From: Candidatus Parcubacteria bacterium
Lineage (GTDB): Bacteria; Patescibacteriota; Minisyncoccia; Phycocordibacterales; UBA918
Direction: 5' to 3'
Assembly: GCA_021731405.1 (NCBI GenBank)
Contig: JAKFXN010000004.1
Span: 1,563 to 65,562 of the forward strand
DNA: 64,000 nt
In this document: one piece after another, positions 63,360 through 64,000 of the stretch
Layout of the letters: each line of letters begins with the position of its first letter
Position numbering within the stretch: position 1 is the first letter of the stretch
Notes under the pieces: model-generated
The model's input: only the letters and a program-made list of their open reading frames with translations
Databases searched by the model: none
Told to the model about the DNA's origin: nothing
Position numbers and translations under genes: made by a program

Positions 63360-63812
63360 ATGTACTTAAACAAAGCAATGGTTTATGGAAACCTAACTAG
63401 GGATCCAGAAATGAAGGCTCTACCAAGCGGTATGCAGGTCTGTTCATTTTCTCTCGCTACCAATCGTGTCTACAACGACCGAGACGGTAAGCGTCAGGAA
63501 GCAGCTGATTATCACAATATTGTGGTCTTCGGTAAGCAAGCAGAAAACTGCGCAAAATACCTTACGAAAGGAAGTAGTACATATGTTGAAGGTCGGATGC
63601 AAACTCGTAGTTGGGAGAAGGATGGAGTAAAGCAGTATCGCACGGAAGTGATTGCTGACCGAGTCCAATTTGGACCAAAGGGCAGTGGAGCACCAAGTGG
63701 CGCCGCGACAGCTGGAGGAGCTTCTTCAGATTCAGGTAGTGATAAGGGAAGTGCATCGGTGCTACCTGACTACCCAGAGGAGGAGATCAACCCAGAAGAC
63801 ATTCCTTTTTAA
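63360..63812 (+). CDS. ssb: single-stranded DNA-binding protein
   Basis: OB fold (VYGNLTRDPEMKALPSGMQVCSFSLATNR), Gly/Ser-rich linker, C-terminal EEINPEDIPF acidic tip. Confidence 0.9.
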   Translation: MYLNKAMVYGNLTRDPEMKALPSGMQVCSFSLATNRVYNDRDGKRQEAADYHNIVVFGKQAENCAKYLTKGSSTYVEGRMQTRSWEKDGVKQYRTEVIADRVQFGPKGSGAPSGAATAGGASSDSGSDKGSASVLPDYPEEEINPEDIPF

Positions 63813-64000
63813 TCACTGAATATACCTAGTCTACTTTGTTACAACTTCGTTTTTATCGGTCACGGTAGCAATCTACCGCTTCCTCTAAAAACTCGTTGCG
63901 CCTCGTAGACTAGGCATCTCAATGATTAAAACCAAAAATTATATTTTGAATTTGAAACATTACCAGCCAACAAAGAAAACATGGAACAACACAACCTACA

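Noticed and set aside
1-64000. CRISPR arrays, integrase/transposase genes, prophage structural genes
   Set aside because: No regularly spaced short direct repeats of CRISPR type were seen. No recombinase, transposase or phage-capsid-like product was recognised. The tRNA-linked elements carry no ORFs.

Overview
This 64-kb window is low-GC (about 42%), gene-dense, with small genes, and looks like a Candidate-Phyla-Radiation/Parcubacteria-type chromosome; the taxonomic call is an inference. Support for that inference: archaeal/eukaryotic-type GlyRS and IleS, a class I RNR with the ATP-cone on NrdB, rplK not followed by rplA, a MetRS core split from its tRNA-binding domain, and type IV pilus pilMNO.

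Main gene content:
- Copper-handling genes at the left end: a multicopper oxidase, a cupredoxin, a split ferric-reductase-like heme-membrane/FNR pair, and a copA-csoR-membrane-DUF305 cassette carrying ATACCCCC-N2-GGGGGTAT palindromes.
- A second, paralogous csoR-membrane-DUF305 cassette with the same palindrome at about 26.1-27.6 kb, inside an accessory stretch that also carries a GC-rich foreign-looking gene, a GNAT, two NUDIX genes and a TauD-like dioxygenase.
- Housekeeping blocks: ruvX, pilMNO, acyP-uppS-rluA-rplS, an ABC transporter, mscL, nrdBA, secE-nusG-rplK, folA/dcd/thyA/glyA, msrAB, argS, ileS, recO, glyQS, metG, tatD and rpsF-ssb.
- Eight tRNA genes.

The most unusual feature: five of the eight tRNAs (Arg-GCG, Arg-TCT, Val, Leu, His) are each followed by a roughly 170-280 nt member of a conserved structured element family. 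Each copy comprises (i) a hairpin terminator directly after the tRNA, (ii) an inverted copy of the tRNA's own T-loop/acceptor 3' segment joined to an 'AC'+GTGCC-GCAG-GGCAC-type hairpin, (iii) a conserved module (CGCTCATAAGAAC-GCTGGACGC-GCTCA / GAGCGAAGCG / CGCTCCGC blocks) whose stems differ by compensatory substitutions between copies, and (iv) a 11-18 nt direct repeat of the tRNA 3' end at the far boundary. This looks like an undescribed tRNA-targeting miniature element or tRNA-mimicking small-RNA family.

Other notable items are an IleS carrying an inserted histidine-phosphatase (PGAM-like) domain, three small GC-rich (about 55-58%) islands of orphan genes with their own promoters and terminators, and a candidate small RNA with a consensus promoter and terminator between glyA and msrAB.
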